DNA of 64,000 nt, taken from the human T2T-CHM13v2.0 reference genome, Homo sapiens. Of this stretch, positions 1-41,906 are shown in pieces. Below the pieces are notes generated by a model. The model was not told the origin of the DNA, searched no databases, and saw nothing but the letters and a program-made list of their open reading frames with translations. The translations under genes and the position numbers were made by a program. Numbering within the stretch: position 1 is the stretch's first letter; the number at the start of each line of letters is the position of its first letter. Location of the stretch: NCBI RefSeq assembly GCF_009914755.1, contig NC_060931.1; one strand, 5' to 3'.

Positions 1-184
1 TAAAGAAAAGTACTGCATGATCTCACTACTTATATGTGGAATCTAAAAAAAGGAAAGAAAAAAAAAGCAACTTCAGGAGCAGAGGTACCCTTGCAGAGCA
101 GAGAGAAAATTCACAGTATCTTTAAACACCTTGGTAGGACTGACTTTGGTCTGTCAGTCGCCAAAATGATACCATCTGGGGAGT

Positions 185-1085
185 GTAGAAAAGACCTCTC
201 TGCTTAATTTATTCTCAACTTTTCCACTTTACTGAGACTCGTGGTTAATCATCAGCAAACCCCCCTGGTGTCCTCTATCTCCTCTTTAAATAGTTCATTC
301 ACCTTGCTGTAGCTCAGAGATTCTCACCTGGAAGCAATTTTTCCTACCTCCCCAGAGGACATTTGGCAACGTTTGGAGGTATTTTTAGCTGTCACAACTG
401 GAGATGGTGCTACTGACATCTAGTGGGTAGAGGCCAGGGATGCTGTTAAACACCTTACAAGGACAATGTACAGGATGGCCCCTCACAGCAAAGGATTATC
501 AGACCCAGATGGCAATGGCCAAATTGAGAAACCCTGACTCTTTTCTGTAGGCACTACTTCCTCTTTAGCCCTCTCAGATCATCTGTGTTTTCTCATACCA
601 CTGGGTTTGGAGGCGGAGTGGGAGTCTTTTTCCTTTCTTATTGCTGCTTGCAAACAATTCTCCCTCCCCAAATCCTTAAAAAAGCCCAGCTTAACTTTGA
701 ATTTTACATCATCAGACATTATCACCCACTACCTCTCCTTACTGCAGTCATCTACAGATTTTCACTCCTTTCATTGTCATTCTCTCCAACACTAAAACCA
801 TCTTAAACCTTGGTGACTTCATCATCCACACAGATGATCCTTCCAACATCTTGGACTCTCAGTTCCTTGTATTCCACTCCTGCAGGGAGTACGACTCTCC
901 ACCACAGTCACTTCCTCACCTACATTGCCATAATTGCCATCATCTGAATTCCACTTTCTGAGCACTACATCCTATCATTTTAGCCCACTCCCTATAGTAG
1001 GTTTATTTCAACAAATTTTTGATCTCATTAGGTAGTGAGTGATAATGTCTGATGATGTCATTAGGACAACCAATCCATCAATCAA
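185..1085 (+). mobile_element. LINE-2 fragment covering the ORF2 endonuclease region, interrupted by MER20
   Basis: ORF 585-806 reads GGGVG...LLTAVIYR, followed by cttggtgacttcatcatccac (LGDF.IH); these are APE-endonuclease motifs typical of L2 ORF2. Confidence 0.7.
315..536 (+). mobile_element. MER20 (hAT-Charlie non-autonomous DNA transposon)
   Basis: ggacatttggcaac...tctagtgggtagaggccagggatgctg...ttgagaaaccctg matches the recalled MER20 consensus; CAG...CTG termini. Confidence 0.85.
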
Positions 1086-1395
1086 CTGCATAGTATTTAT
1101 ACTATGAAAATCAGCAAATCTACAAATTAGTGTTCTTTTCCTCTTTCTTTCAGAAAGCTAGTTGTTAAACATTTAACTCTTGTGTATTCATGGGATATAC
1201 CTTAAGCAATCTATGTATGTGTGTGTATGTATATATATGTATGTATATATGTACACATATATAAAATGTTGCTTTGCACATTTAAACATTTTATATACCT
1301 GGTTTACTATAGTATGTTTTCTGATATAACTTTCCCTCCACAGCATTTAGGTTATGAGATGCATTCATGTTGATATGTGTAACTCTGGATTACTG

Positions 1396-1697
1396 TTTTT
1401 TTGTTTTGTTTTGTTTTGTTTTTGAGACAGAGTCTCACTCTGTTGCCCAGGCTGGAGTGCAGTGGCATGATCTCAGTTCATTGCAGCCTCTGCCTCCCAG
1501 ATTCAAGTGATCTTCCCACCTCAGCCTCCTGAGTGGCTGGGACTATAGGCCTGCACCACCGTGCCTGGCTAATTTTTGTATTTTTAGTAGAGAAGCAGTT
1601 TCGCCATGTTGGCCAGGCTGGTCTGGAACTCCTGACCTCAGGTGATCCGCCCGCCTTGGCCTCTCAAAGTGCTAGGACTACAGGTATGAGCCAAGGT
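1396..1697 (-). mobile_element. Alu (S-type)
   Basis: Dimeric Alu body preceded on + by a (TTTTG)n tail. Confidence 0.9.
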
Positions 1698-1792
1698 GTT
1701 GGCTGGTTCATTCATTTTTACTGTTCTGCCCTACACGGCAAGAATGTAAGCTCCATGAAGGCAAAGATTTTTATTGGTTTTATTTTCTGCTA

Positions 1793-2206
<414 letters not shown>

Positions 2207-2227
2207 TTAATTTAAAATATTGCTAGG

Positions 2228-2320
2228 TTATTTTTCTTTTTGTTTCTGTTTTTGGTTTTTATTTTTTTGCTGTCCCTTGCGGAGCAGGGCTACCCCATAC
2301 GCGGTGTGCGCGGAGTAGCC
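2228..2320 (-). mobile_element. Short retroposed structured sequence (ERV1-LTR-like 52-mer plus A-rich tail)
   Basis: Minus strand GGCTACTCCGCGCACACCGCGTATGGGGTAGCCCTGCTCCGCAAGGGACAGC followed by a ~40-nt A-rich tail; resembles a segment recalled from MER41/MER57-type LTRs. Confidence 0.55.
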
Positions 2321-2508
2321 TATGTTGCTGTTTGGTAGCTTAGTAGATCTTACTACACTGAACCACTTGGGTTTTCAAACCTTGTCAAGGAATTTATTTT
2401 GCATATCATTTGTAACCAGAAGAGGGCAAGCTTGGAGAGAAAAAGAAATTGGTGAGAAACGGAAACAAGTCCTAAATGCAGGACGCTGCCTGTTTTGAAT
2501 GTCTACAG

Positions 2509-2522
2509 CCACCAGGTGGCAG
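2509..2522 (+). promoter_or_regulatory. CTCF motif
   Basis: CCACCAGGTGGCAG fits the CCASYAGRKGGCRS core without mismatch, in non-repeat sequence. Confidence 0.6.
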
Positions 2523-2752
2523 TATGAGCATGCTGGAAATTTAAGGTCGGTGATCCAGGCTACAGAGGTCTCCAGATGCAGATGGGTGCCCCAAACTTAC
2601 ACATTTTCCACTTTATTTCTCCTTTTGGCCAACTTGTCATTTTTTAACATCATTATTATGCAGATTTATATAAGTTGATACTTTCTATTTTCCCTTACAT
2701 TTGACAATACTAAATTTAAAATATTGGCGCATAACAGATAATAAAAATCACA

Positions 2753-3078
2753 AGGCAGGGGGCAGTGGCTCACGCCTGTAATCCCAGCACCTTGGAAGCC
2801 TGAGAGAGGAGAATCGCTTGAGCCCTGGAGCCTGGGCAACATGGGGAGACCTTGTCTCAAAAAAAAAAAAATCTACGCGTGGTGGTGAGCACCTATGGTC
2901 CCAGCTACTTGGGAGGCTGAGGTGGGAGGATCACTTGAGCTCAGGAGGTCGAGGCTGCAGTGAGCTGTGCCACTGCATTCCAGCCTGGGCGAGAGCGAGA
3001 CCATGTCTCAAAAAAACAAAAAACAAAAACAAAACAAAACAACAAACAAAAAGACAAAAAGCAAAACAAAACAAAAAA
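2753..3078 (+). mobile_element. Alu (J-type)
   Basis: Diverged dimer with (AAAAC)n tail. Confidence 0.9.
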
Positions 3079-3111
3079 CTCATATAACATACAAATCACT
3101 TTTAAGCCTGT

Positions 3112-3289
3112 CTGCTTCCTTGCTTTCTGCCTGCTTGCTTGCTTCCTTTTCTTTCTTTCTCTCTCTCTCTTTCTCTCTTTCTTTCTTTCTTTCTTTTCTT
3201 TGTCTTTCCCTCCTTCCCTCCCTTCCTTCCTCCCTCCCTCCCTCCTTTCCTTCCTTCCTTCCTTCCTTCTTGCCTTTTCTTTTCTTTTC

Positions 3290-3299
<10 letters not shown>
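3112..3299. repeat. Polypyrimidine (CTTT/CCTT/CT)n tract
   Basis: Almost pure C/T on the + strand. Confidence 0.9.
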
Positions 3300-3597
<298 letters not shown>

Positions 3598-3614
3598 TAA
3601 AAATCAGTGGGTTA

Positions 3615-4238
<624 letters not shown>

Positions 4239-4924
4239 TGAGGGATGAAAAACTATCTGTTCGGTACAATGTACACTATTCAGGTGACCTGTGCACTAAA
4301 CATCTAGACTTCACCATTCCACAATTAATCCATGTAACCAGAAACCACTTGTACCCCTAAAGCTATTGAAATTAAAAAATGTTATAAAGGACTTATCTAT
4401 GGCATCGAAATAAGGCTATGTTTTTAGGAATTTCATCTAAAATATCAAAGTTATATACAAGGTGGAAAAATATACATTTTGGAACAATTAGTAACCCTAA
4501 CTTCCTTTAATATTACATAATAAAAATTTAAGGGCTACCTAAATTGTGTTTGCCTGCCTTCTTGGGCAGGGACGCACTTTGATTGTCTTAATTGCAATGA
4601 GATAGAGACTGAAGAATGGAAGTGATGGAGAATGATTAGCAGGATTCATGTTCCCTTAATTCCCTAGCAAATAAAATGCAAAGCAATATCCAGACATTAC
4701 CCATCACGTTTTCAAGCTCCTACGTAGTCTTCATGGCTCTGAGCTCAGAGCTGGCTGCAAGTGGTCCCTGATGGGTTTTGCCCACGGCACAGGCACGGCA
4801 CCTCTGGAGACAGCTGGGCTAATGTTCAGCAAAGGTTGGCAGAAGCAGGGAGAGGGGTTTGTCTTCCTTTCATAACTTTTCCAAAAATAGAACTTGTGAG
4901 TTCATGGCAACATTTAGTCACAAC

Positions 4925-7552
<2,628 letters not shown>

Positions 7553-7616
7553 TAATAGGAATAGCCAGCTATGTCTTGAGGATTACAAAAACATTCAGAT
7601 TTTTAAAAATTCAGAG

Positions 7617-10175
<2,559 letters not shown>

Positions 10176-10290
10176 GTACCTTCCAGACTGCAAGGTCCTT
10201 GAGTGTAAACGATTGTGCCTCATTTGTCATTGTGTCCTCCAATGCCTGCCTGAAACAGATTTTTCTTTTTTGAAGAAACATCCTGAGATT

Positions 10291-21135
<10,845 letters not shown>

Positions 21136-21407
21136 TCTGTGAGTTATCTCTTCACATTGTTAATTGTTTCCTTTGTTTTATAGAAGCTTTTTAGCTTGAC
21201 ATAATCCAGTTTTCTGTTTTGCTTTGGTCACCTGTGCTTTTCAGGTCTTACAGAAAAAAAATCTTTGCCCAGATGCATGTACTGGAGCAATTCCCCAATG
21301 TTTTCTTCCAGTAGTTTCATAGTTTCAGGTCTTAGAATCAACTATTTAATCCATTTTGAATTTATTTTAATGAATGGTGAGAGATATAGGTCTAGTTTCA
21401 TTCTTTT

Positions 21408-21761
21408 TTTTAAAATTTTATTATTACTATACTTTAAGTTTTAGGGTACATGTGCACAACATGCAGGTTTGTTACATATGTATACATGTGCCATGTTGGT
21501 GTGCTGCACCCATTAACTCTTCATTTAGCATTAGGTATATCTCCTAATGCTATCCCTCCCCCCTCCCCCCACCCCACAACAGTCCCTGGTGTGTGATGTT
21601 CCCCTTCCTGTGTCCATGTGTTCTCATTGTTCAATTCCTACCTATGAGTGAGAACATGTGGTGTTTGGTTTTTTGTCCTTGTGATAGTTTGCTGAGAATG
21701 ATGGTTTCCAGCTTCATCCATGTCCCTACAAAGGACATGAACTCATCATTTTTTATGGCTG
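21408..21761 (-). mobile_element. 5'-truncated primate L1PA 3' end with perfect 16-bp TSD
   Basis: L1PA 3'UTR; CTAGTTTCATTCTTTT at 21392-21407 and 21762-21777. Confidence 0.92.
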
Positions 21762-22244
21762 CTAGTTTCATTCTTTTGCATAGAGTTATGTAGTTTTTCC
21801 AATACCATTTATTGAAAAGACTGTCCTTTTCCAATTGTATGTTTTTGGTGCCTTTCTCAATAATGAGTTGTTGTAAATGTGTGGATTTATTTCTGGGTTC
21901 TCTATTCTGTTTTATTGGTCTGTGTGTTTGTTTCTATGCCAGTACCATGCTGTTTTGGTGACTATAGTTTGTAATAAATTTTGAAGTCATGTAGTGTGAT
22001 GCCTGTAGCTTTGTTCTTTTTGCTCAGGATTCCTTTGGTTATTTAGGGTCTTTGTGGTTCCATATAAATTTTAGGATTGCTCTTTCTATTTTTGTGAAGA
22101 ATGTCATTGGTAATTTGATAGGGATTACATTGATCTGTAAATTGCTTTGGGAAGTATTGTCATTTTAACAATATTCTAATCTATGAGCATAAAATATTTT
22201 TCTATTTTTAAATGTCCTCTTCCATTTATTTCATTAAAGTTTAT

Positions 22245-22557
<313 letters not shown>

Positions 22558-22923
22558 TTAATTTTGGTTTCTATGTTGATTTTTCCGTCCGAAAAATCTA
22601 TCTAGTTTTGAAAGTGGGGTGTTGAAATGTTCTACTATTCTTGTGTTGAAGTCTCTCTCTCTCTCTAGCTAGAATAATATTTGCTTTATATGTCTGGGTG
22701 CCTTAGTGTTGGATGCATATATATTTGCAACCATTATATCCTCTTGCTGAACTGACTCCTTTATCATTATATAATGACCTTCTTTGTCTCTTTTTACAGT
22801 TTTTGACTTTGTCTATTTTATCGGATGTAAGTATAGCTACTCCTGCTCTTTTTTGGTTTTCATTTGCATGAAACATTTTTTTTCCACCCTTCTCTTTCAG
22901 TCTATGTGTGTCTTTATAGGTGA

Positions 22924-23256
<333 letters not shown>

Positions 23257-23713
23257 TGGTGAGGTGAGTTTCTTGTAGGCAGTATGTAGTTTAGTCTTTT
23301 TATTTTTATCCATTCAGCCATTCTATGTTTTTAAATTGGAGAGTTTAGTCCATTTACATCCAATGCTATTATTGATAGGTAAGGACTTCTTATTGCCGTT
23401 TTGTTACCTGTTTTCCGGTTGTTTTCTAACTCTTCTTTCTTTCTTACTGTCTTCCTTTGTGGTTATTTTCTCTGGTAGTGTGGTTCACTTTCTTGCTTTT
23501 ATTTTTTGTGTGTCTATTATAGGTTTTTGTTTTGTGGTTACCATGGGGGTTACAAAAAAAATCCTATAATTATAAGAAGTCATTTAAAACTGATGACAAC
23601 GTTGTAAAGAAAAGAAATAGCTAAAACAAAACTAAAAAATTCTATACTGTTACTGCATTCCTCTCACATTTTCATTTTTTTGTGGTCTCAATTTATATAT
23701 TTTTTATCTTAAA

Positions 23714-24519
<806 letters not shown>

Positions 24520-25626
24520 TAAAATAATTTCTCTTTCCCATTGGTCTGTGTGATGCATCACTTTATATCTTTTTATAGTGTCTTCCACTTAATAAAATGC
24601 TGTATTATTTTTCATGTATTTTTTAATCTTTATACTTAAAACATAAGTGGTTTCTACACTACAATTACAGTTTTAGAGTATTGTGAATTTGTCCATGTAC
24701 TTGCTTTTACCAGTGAGTTTTATACCTTCAGATACTTTCTTGTTGCTTGTTAGCATCCTTTTCTTTCAGATTGAAGAACTTCCTTTAGGATTTCTTGTAA
24801 GACAGATCTGATGGTGATAAATTATCTCAGCTTTTGTTTGTCTGGGAAAGTATTTCTCCTTCATATGGGAAGGATAGCTTTGCTGGAAACAGTATTTTCA
24901 GTCAAAAGTTTTTTTCCTTCACTTTGAATATGTCATATCATTCCTTCCTGTCCTATAAGTGTTCCACTGAAAAGTCTGCTACTAGACATATTGGATCTCC
25001 TTTATGTGTTACTTGTTTTTTTTTTCTTGCTGCTTTTAGGATCCTTTCCTTGTCCTTGTCCTTTGAGAGTTTGAGTATTATATGCTTTGGAGAGTCTTAT
25101 TTTAATTGAATCCCCATGGTGATTTTTGACCTTTTTATACCTGGATATTAATATTGCTCTCAAGATTTGCATACTTCTCTATTATTATTTATTTGAATAA
25201 ATCTTCTATCCCTATCTCTTTCTCTACTTTCTCTTTTAGGTCAGTGACTCTTAGATTTGCTATTTTGAGGCTATTTTCTATATCTTTAAGTGTTTTTTCA
25301 TTCTTTTTTCCTTTTTTCTCTTCTGCATATTTTCAAATAGCTTTGAGCTCACAAATTCTTTCTTTTGCTTGATCAGTTCTTCTGCTGACACACTTGACGC
25401 ATTTTTAAACTTGTCAATTGCATCTTTCAGCTCCAAGTTTTCTGTGCTTAAAAATTATTTCAATCTCTGTTAACTCTGATAAATTTTAGAATTACTTCTC
25501 TGTTTTATTGAAGTTCTTTGAGCTTCCTCAAAATAGCTGTTTTGAATTCCCTGTCTGAGAGGTCATATGTCTCTATCTCTCCATGGTCAGTTATTGGTGT
25601 TGTATTTAGTCAGTTTGGTGAGGTGA

Positions 25627-25937
<311 letters not shown>

Positions 25938-27450
25938 TTTGTTCTTAATGTTCTTAATGCTTGTGGACATTCATCGATGTCCAGGCATTGGAGAGGTGGG
26001 TATTTATTCCAGTTCTCACAGTCTGACTTAGTTTGTTCCTGTCCTTCAGAGGGCCTTCAAAAGATTCAAAAGGAACTCTTGGGTTCTTGTCTATGGTCAC
26101 TGCAGCCATTTCAGCACCAGAGGGCACCCTAAGCCCAGTTATGCTGTGACTCTCTTCCAGCCTCCTAGATACCCAGCCCAGATGGACGTGGGGATGATCA
26201 GGGAGAAATCCCTGAGTTGCAAGGGAAAGTCACTCATTCATTTTCCTCTTTGTCACCCAAATGCCCAAATAGAAGGAGTCTCTCTCAGCACTGAGCTGCC
26301 TGAAGTTGGGGGAGGGGTTATATGGGCACCTCTGTGGCCATCACAGCTGGTATTATGCTAGGTTACACCCCAAGAACATAGCTTCCTGACCAGTGCAGCA
26401 CTAGGGGTCACACAAAGACCGAGGTCACTATGGCCTGGCTGCCACTAACACTTATTCAGGCTTTACCACCCTTTCCTTCCCCACCCACCCCTCCAGCACA
26501 CAGATTCTTCCTACAAGCTGCTTTAGTTGCTTGGGGTTAAGGGAGGAGTTGTGTCGGCAATGTGAGACTGTCCCTTCTACCCTTTTTAATGTGTCTTTTC
26601 TTCTTATTATGCTAAAACCAGGTACTGTGATTGCTCCTCTGATTTTGTAATTCTTGTGAAGGTGCTTTCTTACGTGGAGATTTGTCCAATTGGAGGTTCC
26701 TGTGCAGGGACGATTGCTGGAGGGTTCTTTTCAGCCATCTTGCTCCACCTCCCTTGAGACAGTTCTTATTAGTTTGCTGAAGTCTGTGCTCTGGCAAGCA
26801 AATATACTACTTGGATGAAGGAGGCAGAAATATAGATCAGATGCTAGTACAAATGAGTGGTTACTGGTTAGATAACTTTGCTTATAAAGTGTTTAGCCAA
26901 TGGATCAATATCAAACTAGACAAATGAAAAATTCAAATTGTGAAAGAGTAGGTTGAGAACAATACCATTTTGGTTTTGAAAATGATATATTTGAATTCAA
27001 AATATAAGCCTAGGCAGCGTAGTGAGACCCTGTCTCTATAAAAAATGAAAATAATAGCTGGAGATGGTGGTGTGTACCTGCTAGGGAGGCTGAGGTGGGA
27101 GGATCACTTGAGCCCAGGAGTTTGAGGTTACAGTGAACTATGATCACACTGTTGCACTCCAGCCTGAGTGACAGAGTGAGACCCTGTCTCTGACAAAACA
27201 AACAAACAAACAAAAAACAAAAAACAAAAGAGAACAAGGCAATATTTATGTATTATCAGCAGTGTAAGGTAGCACAGCTGTCCAACAGAGCAATACTCAG
27301 TGATGTTAAGAATATGTGTACTCTGTGACTCTCTACAACAATTTGACTCCTGAGAATATATCCTAGAGGAACCCTTCATTGACAATCAGGGAGACAGAAA
27401 TAAGGATGTTCATCATATTTTTGTTTGTAGCAAACAAGAAGCAACATAAA

Positions 27451-34983
<7,533 letters not shown>

Positions 34984-34986
34984 GAC

Positions 34987-35250
34987 ATTTATTTAATACC
35001 ATATAGCGTCTACTATGTGCCAGACTCTGTTCTAAGCACTTAATAAGTATTAGCTCATTAAACTAAATATTAACTCTTTACAACAATCCTATGAGGTAAG
35101 TACTAGTATTTTTTTTTATTTTTTTTAATGAAAAAACTGAGGCATATAGAGACTAAGCAAGTTGCCTGTGGTCACGTAGCTGGTAAGTAGCAGAGCCAGA
35201 ATAGAACTCAGGAAGACTGTCTTCAGAGTCCTAACCAGTACTCTATACTA
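34987..35250 (-). mobile_element. MIR SINE
   Basis: aaactgaggca...aagttgcctgtggtcac.tagct is the MIR core, reversed. Confidence 0.8.
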
Positions 35251-35591
35251 TTTACTTAAATAAACGTAGGAAAGAGTATTGGAAGAAGCTTTAATTAAGT
35301 ATACTGGAGTGGGTTTCTGTAAGGAGAAGAGAATGGGGATGAAGGAATAAATAATACAAATAACAAAGAGGAACCTTGCGCTGATCAATGGTAGTAGCAG
35401 GGCATGAACTGAGGGGTATGAGCATCTCATTTCTATGCCCCTGAGTGACTTTTTAAAACTTATTCGCTTGATAAACCAGTTGTCTTGAAGAATGGGATTA
35501 TGGGAGATGTTCAGTTTCTATATTTCTATATGTTTGAATTTTTGAAAAAAGATTAATAGGTATTACCTTTGTGATAAAAAACACTGTATCC

Positions 35592-39508
<3,917 letters not shown>

Positions 39509-39876
39509 TTACTTTCTATAAGGAAGGCTTACATTTGAATTGGGGCAAGATGAGTTCCCAGCACAAGGCATAGAGAATTAAAATGTTTGTCTTGGCCCAA
39601 ACTCTTTTCTTTATTTTACTTTGGATTAGGAGTTTTTCTCATGGTTAACAGGCCTCTCTCACATTCCCAAACCCTACCAAACCCTAAGAGGCAGGTTGGG
39701 CCTCTCCCTCCCCTGACCTGTCAAGACTCCTCCATATGAAACCTTTTGGACTATTATTATGTGGAAAAAGAGAACTTCCATGAAGGGTCAGGCACTCCTC
39801 ACTGAAGGATCAGTGGAAGGCACTTCCAGATTTAGGCCTTCCCAACAATGGTGCCCTTTAGGGAGGCTCACTTCAC

Positions 39877-40059
39877 TTTTTTTTTTTTTTTTTTTTTAAT
39901 TTTTGAGACAGGGTCTCGCTCTATCACCCAGGCTAGTGTGCAGTGGCATAATCTTGGCTCACTGTAACCTCTGCCTCCCAGGCTCAAGCAATCTTTTTGT
40001 GTAAGCTTCCTGAGGAGCTGGAACCACAGGTGTGCACCACTACGCCCAACTAATTTTTT
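39877..40059 (-). mobile_element. Alu right arm fused to the 3' end of CLK2P1
   Basis: Poly-T, right monomer, then the linker taatttttt directly joined to CLK2 3'UTR. Confidence 0.85.
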
Positions 40060-41885
40060 GGGGGGCGGGTCAAATGAAGCATGTTATTTCATTTCACAAA
40101 GACTGTACAAAATTCCTTATAAAACATGGGGTAGATGCCACCTGGTTACCTCACTCGGCCCCCATCCAACTCTGTATGAGGGGGCAGGTGAGGGTGGAAA
40201 GTGTGTGGATGGAATAGCATTATGTACAACGCAGGGGTTGAAGTGATAGGTACAAGTTCTTTCATATTTACTGTTTCACATATTCACAGGTATATAGAGA
40301 AGCAGCAGGAAGGAGTGAACTCTGGCTCTGTTCTCTTTTATAAAAAAGCACCAATGTCCTGGACTGGACACTCACTGCTATAAAAGATGCAGGGAGGCCC
40401 AGGGCCTGGTGGTCACGGACTGATATCCTGACTGGAGTCCCACAACTTGTTGGGTGGCTCAGCCCAAAGGCGGGAGAAGAAAGGATGCTGAAGGGCTTCA
40501 CCCAAGGTCAGCCGCTGAGCTGGTTCATACTCTAGCATGCTTTCAATCAGATCGAAGAGCTGGTGGTCTTCCTCTGCCTCTGAGGTCAGATACTGCCGCA
40601 GCGGTTTGCAGTTCTCACGAACATAGCGTCCAGCTGATGTGTTCTCATCCCAATCCAGGCGACCCCGGTAAAAATATTTCTGTTTTCTTGTCTTTCGGAT
40701 CATCCGGGAAGGGATAGGACCCAAGATCCTTTCCATCGTGGCTAGATGCTGTCTGTTGTCATGGGTCTGGAAGAGGGTGAAGCCCACATAGTACTCAAAG
40801 ATGATGCAGCCTATACTCCACACATCACAAGGCTGTGACCAACCCAACTCAAGGATGACTTCTGGTGCTCGGTAATGGCGAGTGGAGACAATGGTGCTAT
40901 GGTGCTCATGGTCAAAGGTGGCACTGCCAAAGTCTCCCACCCGCACAGCTGTGCTCTTCACACTGCGCTCATGTCGCTTCTTCTCTAGGTTGTAGGTGAG
41001 CTCATAGTCTGAATTCACAAACAGAATATTTTCAGGCTTGAGGTCTGTATGTGTCAGCTTGTTATCATGGAGGAACTTGACAGCCTGGCACAGCTGGGAG
41101 GCCATGTGGTGCACTTGGTGGATGGGGTAGGGCAGGTGGTTGTTGTCTTTGAGGAAATCGAAGGTGCTAAGGCCCAGAAGCTCCAAGGAGATACACATGT
41201 GGCCATGGTAGTCGAACCAGTCAAACATCTGGACACAGAGGTTCTTGCCAGGGTCTTTCTCGTTGATTTTCTCCAGCACTTTGATCTCAAGTCGAGCTGC
41301 TTCCTTATACTTCTCCACATTCTTAATGATCTTCAGGGCAACTCGAGCCCCACGCCTGCGATGGTCAACACATTGTACAACTCGGCCGAAGGTCCCCTTT
41401 CCTAAGGTGCTGACGATTTCATATCGCTCTTGTAGCCAGTCCCCGACATGGTAGATGAGGTGGCCCTCAGTGTCGTCCTCTACACTCTTGGCTTTCCGGC
41501 TGCTGTGCTGCGAAGACGAGCGGCTAAATGTCCGGCTGCACCTCCTCCGGACATGGTAGCTGTCCTCTCGCCGGCGCCGTCGTGTCCGGTCACTACTACT
41601 TGACCAGGAACGGCTTCTTCGTTGCTTGTTTTCGGCTCCGATAGTGTTCACAGTAACTCCCCCGGCTGCCTCGCTCTGAGGAATGGTACCTTCGAGGATG
41701 AGGCATCTTTCTGGCGGCCAGGCCCGTGCGCTTGTCCCACAGGAAGTCCATGATGGCGGCGGCACTGCGGCCGGAGTCCCAGCACCCCCGCGGCGATGAA
41801 GTGCTGCTCCACCCCCACCAACCCGGGACCCTGGGACCTCCAGCCCCGTTCTCGGGCTCTGCTTCAGTCCCGCCCGCCTCTCCTT
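40060..41885 (-). pseudogene. CLK2P1: CLK2 processed pseudogene (CDC-like kinase 2 pseudogene 1)
   Basis: Intronless CLK2 copy with 5'UTR, ATG at 41706 ([10 protein letters not shown]), a 2-nt deletion near 41628, an in-frame RS-domain deletion, a complete kinase domain to the stop at 40413, and 3'UTR. Confidence 0.95.
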
Positions 41886-41906
41886 AACTGTCGGCCTGTT
41901 TCCAGT

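Noticed and set aside
40454-41454. Plus-strand ORFs over CLK2P1
   Set aside because: Antisense shadows of a GC-rich coding sequence
40413-41765. 450-aa ORF as a bona fide CLK2 gene
   Set aside because: Intronless, GTG start, native ATG out of frame and RS domain deleted; called a pseudogene, with coding potential left as a hypothesis
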